DNA of 64,000 nucleotides from the human T2T-CHM13v2.0 reference genome, Homo sapiens: NCBI GenBank assembly GCA_009914755.4, contig CP086569.2, positions 25,024,001 to 25,088,000 of the forward strand, read 5' to 3'. Shown piece by piece: positions 59,947 to 64,000 of this stretch (position 1 is its first letter; each line of letters starts with the position of its first letter). The notes under the pieces were generated by a model. It saw only the letters and a program-made list of their open reading frames with translations, ran no database searches and was not told where the DNA came from. The position numbers and the translations under genes were made by a program.

Positions 59947-62900
59947 AGTGGAGTGGTTCCAAGATGGCAGAATAGGAAGAGCTCCAGTCTACAGCTCCAA
60001 GTGTGAGCGAATCAGAAGATGGGTGATTTCTGCATTTCCAACTGAGCTTTCAAGAGAGTAGTGGTTCTCCCAGCACAGAATTTGAGATCTGAGAACGGAC
60101 ACACTGCCTCCTGAAGTGGGTCCCTGACCCCGAGTAGCCTAACTGGGCGGCATCCCCCATAGGGGCAGACTGACACTTCACATGGTGGGGTACCCCTCTG
60201 AGACAAAACTTACAGAGGAATGATCAGGCAGCAACATTTGCTATTCAGCAGCATTCGCTGTTCTACAGCCTCTGCTGCTGATACGCAGGCAAACAGGGAA
60301 TGGAGTGGACCTCCAGCAAACTCCAACAGACCTGCAGCCGAGGATCCTGACTGTTAGCAGGAAAACTAACAAACAGGAGGGATATCCATACCAAAACCCA
60401 AATGTACATCACCATCATCAAAGAACAAAGGTAGATAAAACCAAAAAGATGGGGAAAAAACAGAGCAGAAAAACTGAAAATTCTAAAAATCAGAGCATCT
60501 CTCCTCCTCCAAAGGAATGCAGCTTGTCACCAGCAACGGAACAAAGCTGGATGGAGAATGACTCTGACAAGCTGAGAGAAGAAGGCTACAGACGATCAAT
60601 TTCTCTGAGCTAAAGGAGGAAGTTCCAACCCATCGCAAAGAAGTTAAAAACCCTGAAAAACGATTAGACAAATGGCTAACTAGAATAACCAATGCAGAGA
60701 AGTCCTTAAAGGACCTGATGGAGCGGAAAACCATGGCACAAGAACTACGTGACAAATGCACTAGCCTCAGTAGCCAATTCAATCATCTGGAAGAAAGGGT
60801 ACCAGTGGTTGAAGATAAAATGAATGAAATGAAGCAAGAAGAGAAATTAGAGAAATTCTTTTTATTAAGAAATGAAAAAAGCCTCCAAGAAATATGGCAC
60901 TATGTGAAAAGACCAAATCTATGTCTGATTGGTGTACCTGAAAGTGACAAGGAGAATGGAACCAAGTTAGAAAACACTGCAGGATATAATCCAGCAGAAC
61001 TTCCCCAACCTAGCAAGGCAGTACAACATTCAAATTCAGGAAATACAGAGAATGCCACAAAGATAATCCTCGAGAAGAGCAACTCCAACACACATAACTG
61101 TCACATTCACCAAAGTTGAAATGAAGGAAAACATGTTAAGGGAATCCAGAGAGAAGGGTCAGGTTACACACAAAGTGAAGCCCATCAGACTAACAGCAGA
61201 TTTCTTGGCAGAAACTCTACAAGCCAGAAGAGAATGGGGAACAATATTCAACATTCTTAAAGAAAATAATTTTCAACCCAGAATTTCGTATCCAAACCAA
61301 ACTAAGCTTCATAAGTGAAGGAGAAATAAAATCCTTTACAGACAAGCAAATGCTGAGAGATTTTGTCACCACCAGGTTCGTCCTACAAGAACTCCTGAAG
61401 GAAGCACTAAACATGGAAAGGAACAACCAGTACTAGCCATTGCAAAAACCTACCAAATTCTAAAGACCACTGATGCTAGGAATAAACTGCATCAACTAAC
61501 GCGCAAAATAACCAGCTAACATCATAATGACAGGATCAAATTCACACATAACAATATTAATGTTAAATGTAAATGGGCTAAATTCTCCCATTAAAAGATA
61601 GAGACTGGCAAATTGGATAAAGAGTCAAGAGCCATCAGTGTTCTGTATCCATGAAACCCATCTCATGTGCAGAGACACACATAGGCTCAAAATAAAGGGA
61701 TGGAGGAAGATATAACATGAAAATGGAAAACAAAAAAAGAAAAGCACAGGAGTTGCAATCCTAGCTTCTGATAAAACACATTTTAAACCAACAAAGATCA
61801 AAAGAGACAAAGAAGGCCATTACATAACGGTAAAGGGATCAATTCAACAAGAAGAGCTAACTATCCTAAATATATACATACCCAATACAGGAGCACTCAC
61901 ATTCATAAATCAAGTTCTCAGAGACATACAAAGAGACCTAGACTCCCACACAATAATAAATGAGAGACTTTAACACCCCATTGTCTACATTAGACAGATC
62001 AACGAGACAGAAAATCAACAAGGATATCCAGGAATTGAACTCAGCTCTGCACCAAGTGGACCTAATAGACATCTACAGAACTCTCCACACCAAATCAACA
62101 GAATATATGTTCTTCTCAGCACCACATTGCACTTATTCCAAAACTGACCACATATTTGGAAGTAAAACACTACTCAGCAAATGTGAAAGAACAGAATTAT
62201 AACAAACTGTCTCTCAGACCATAGTACAATCAAACTAGGACTCAGGATTAAGAAACTCACTTAAAGCCTCTCAACAACATGGAAACTGAACAACCTGCTC
62301 TTGAATGACTGCTTGGGTACATAACGAAATGAAGGGAGAAATAACGATGGCTTTGAAACCAACGAGAAAAACGACACAACATACCAAAATCTCTGGGACG
62401 CATTCAAAGCAGTGTGTAGAGGGAAATGTATAGCACTGAATTTCCACAAGAGAAAGCAGGAAACATCTACAATTGACACCCTAACATCACAATTAAAAGA
62501 ACTAGAGAAGCAAGAGCAAACACATTCAAAAGCTAGCAGAAGGCAAGAAATAACTAAGATCAGAGTACAACTGAAAGAGATAGAAACACAAAAAACCCTT
62601 CAAAGAATCAATGAATCCGGGAGCTGGTTTTTTGAAAAGATCAACAAAATTGATAGACTACTAGCAAGACTAATAAAGAAGAAAAGAGAGAAGAATCAAA
62701 TATACACAATAAAATATGATAAAGGGGATATCACCACCAATCCCACGGAAGTACAAACTACCATCAGAGAATACTATGAATACCTCTACACAAATAAATT
62801 AGAAAATCTGGAAGAAATGGATAAATTCTTTGACACATACACCCTCCCAAGACTAAACCAGGAAGAAATTGAATCTCTGAATAGACCAACAACAGGTTCT

Positions 62901-64000
62901 GATATTGAGGCAACAATTAATAGCTTACCAACCAAAAAAAGTACAGGACCAGACGGATTCACAGCCAAATTCTACCGGAGGTACAAAAAGGAGCTAGTAC
63001 CATTCCTTCTGAAATTGTTCCAATCAATAGAAAAAGAGGGAATCCTCTCTAACTCATTTTATGAGGCCAGCATCATACTGATACCAATGCCTGGCAAAGA
63101 CACCACAAAAAAAGAGAATTGTAGACCAATATCCCCGATGAACATCGAGGCAAAAATCCTCAATAAAATACTGACAAACTGAATCCAGCAGCACATCAAA
63201 AAGCTTATCCACCATGATCAAGTGGGCTTCATCCCTGGGATGCAAGGCTGGTTGAACATATGCAAATGAATAAATATAATCCAGCATATAAACAGAACCA
63301 AAGACAAAAACCACATGATTATCTCAATAGATGCAGAAAAGGCCTTTGACAAAATTCAACAGCTCTTCATGCTAAAAACTTTCAATAAATTAGGTATTGA
63401 TGGGATGGATCTCAAAATAATAAGAGCTATTTATGACAAACCCACAGCCAATATCATACTGAATGGGCAAAAACTGGAAGCATTCCCTTTGAAAACCGGC
63501 ACAAGACAGGCAAGCCTTCTCTCCCCACTCCTATTCAACATAGTGTTGGAAGTTCTGGCCAGGGCAATCAGGCAGGAGAAGGAAATAAAGGGTATTCAAT
63601 TAGGAAAAGAGGAAGTCAAATTGTCCCAGTTTGCAGATGACATGATTGTATATCTAGAAAACTACATCATCTTAGCCCAAAATCTCCTTAAGCTGATAAG
63701 CAACTTCAGCAAAGTCTCAAGATACAAAAGCAATGTGCAAAAATCACAAGCGTTCTTAGACACCAATAACAGACCGAGAGCCAAATCATGAGTGAATTCC
63801 CATTCACAATTGCTTCAAACAGAATAAAGTACCTAGGAATCCAACTTATAAGAGATGTGAAGGAACTCTTCAAGGAGAACTACAAACCACTGCTCAACAA
63901 AATAAAAGAGGATACAAGCAAATGGAAGAACATTCCATGCTCATGGATAGGAAGAATCAATATCGTGAAAATGGCCATATTGGCCAAGGTAATTTATAGA
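59947..64000 (+). mobile_element. L1PA-like element #2: 5' UTR (with an internal deletion of ~0.5 kb relative to #1), ORF1 (~60448–61436), and ORF2 (from ~61527, RT domain ~62900–63800). Continues past the window end
   Basis: 5' UTR gtggagtggttccaagatggcagaataggaagagctccagtctacagctcc...tttccaactgag|ctttcaagagagtagtggttctcccagcacag (element #1 has ~500 bp between these points). ORF2 pieces: ORF 62412..63182 (..[48 protein letters not shown]..) and ORF 63315..63791 (..[40 protein letters not shown]..). Stops and frameshifts present. Confidence 0.9.

Noticed and set aside
62412-63791. 256-aa and 158-aa + strand ORFs near the window end
   Set aside because: Both are pieces of L1 ORF2 (the endonuclease-to-RT linker and the RT domain with the [11 protein letters not shown] region) of L1 element #2. 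They are interrupted by stops, so they are not a novel gene.

Overview
This window is primate (human-like) nuclear DNA dominated by interspersed repeats. It is not a prokaryotic locus, and I found no defence system, operon, or similar candidate 'novel system'. What I can support from the sequence is the following. (1) Positions 1–19,800 hold a compound endogenous-retrovirus (ERV) cluster. A HERV-K-like (betaretrovirus-like) provirus on the + strand is split in its reverse-transcriptase region by a ~14 kb block. That block carries an oppositely oriented gammaretrovirus-like provirus (gag with PPPY, protease, RT, RNase H, integrase, env with CWLC and an immunosuppressive domain, LTRs). It also carries an inverted LTR-like copy that forms a ~0.45 kb-arm palindrome with the 3' LTR region (Finding 2), and duplicated HERV-K pol fragments. 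(2) Positions ~25,030–28,200 are a ~3.2 kb, strongly G-depleted, hexamer-periodic array derived from (CCCTAA)n. This is an interstitial, very degenerate telomere-like array. (3) There are about 15 Alu copies or fragments, several with tail-derived microsatellites. (4) There are multiple L1 copies: a near-full-length L1 on the minus strand with a fold-back junction at its 3' end, an L1PA 3' end, older L1 fragments, and two L1PA-like elements in tandem on the + strand in which the first is cut off inside ORF2 exactly where the full-length 5' UTR of the second begins. All long ORFs in the supplied track are accounted for by degenerate ERV or L1 proteins or by translation through microsatellites and Alus. 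I could not support any host protein-coding exon. Coordinates are approximate (± tens of bp) because they were placed by eye.
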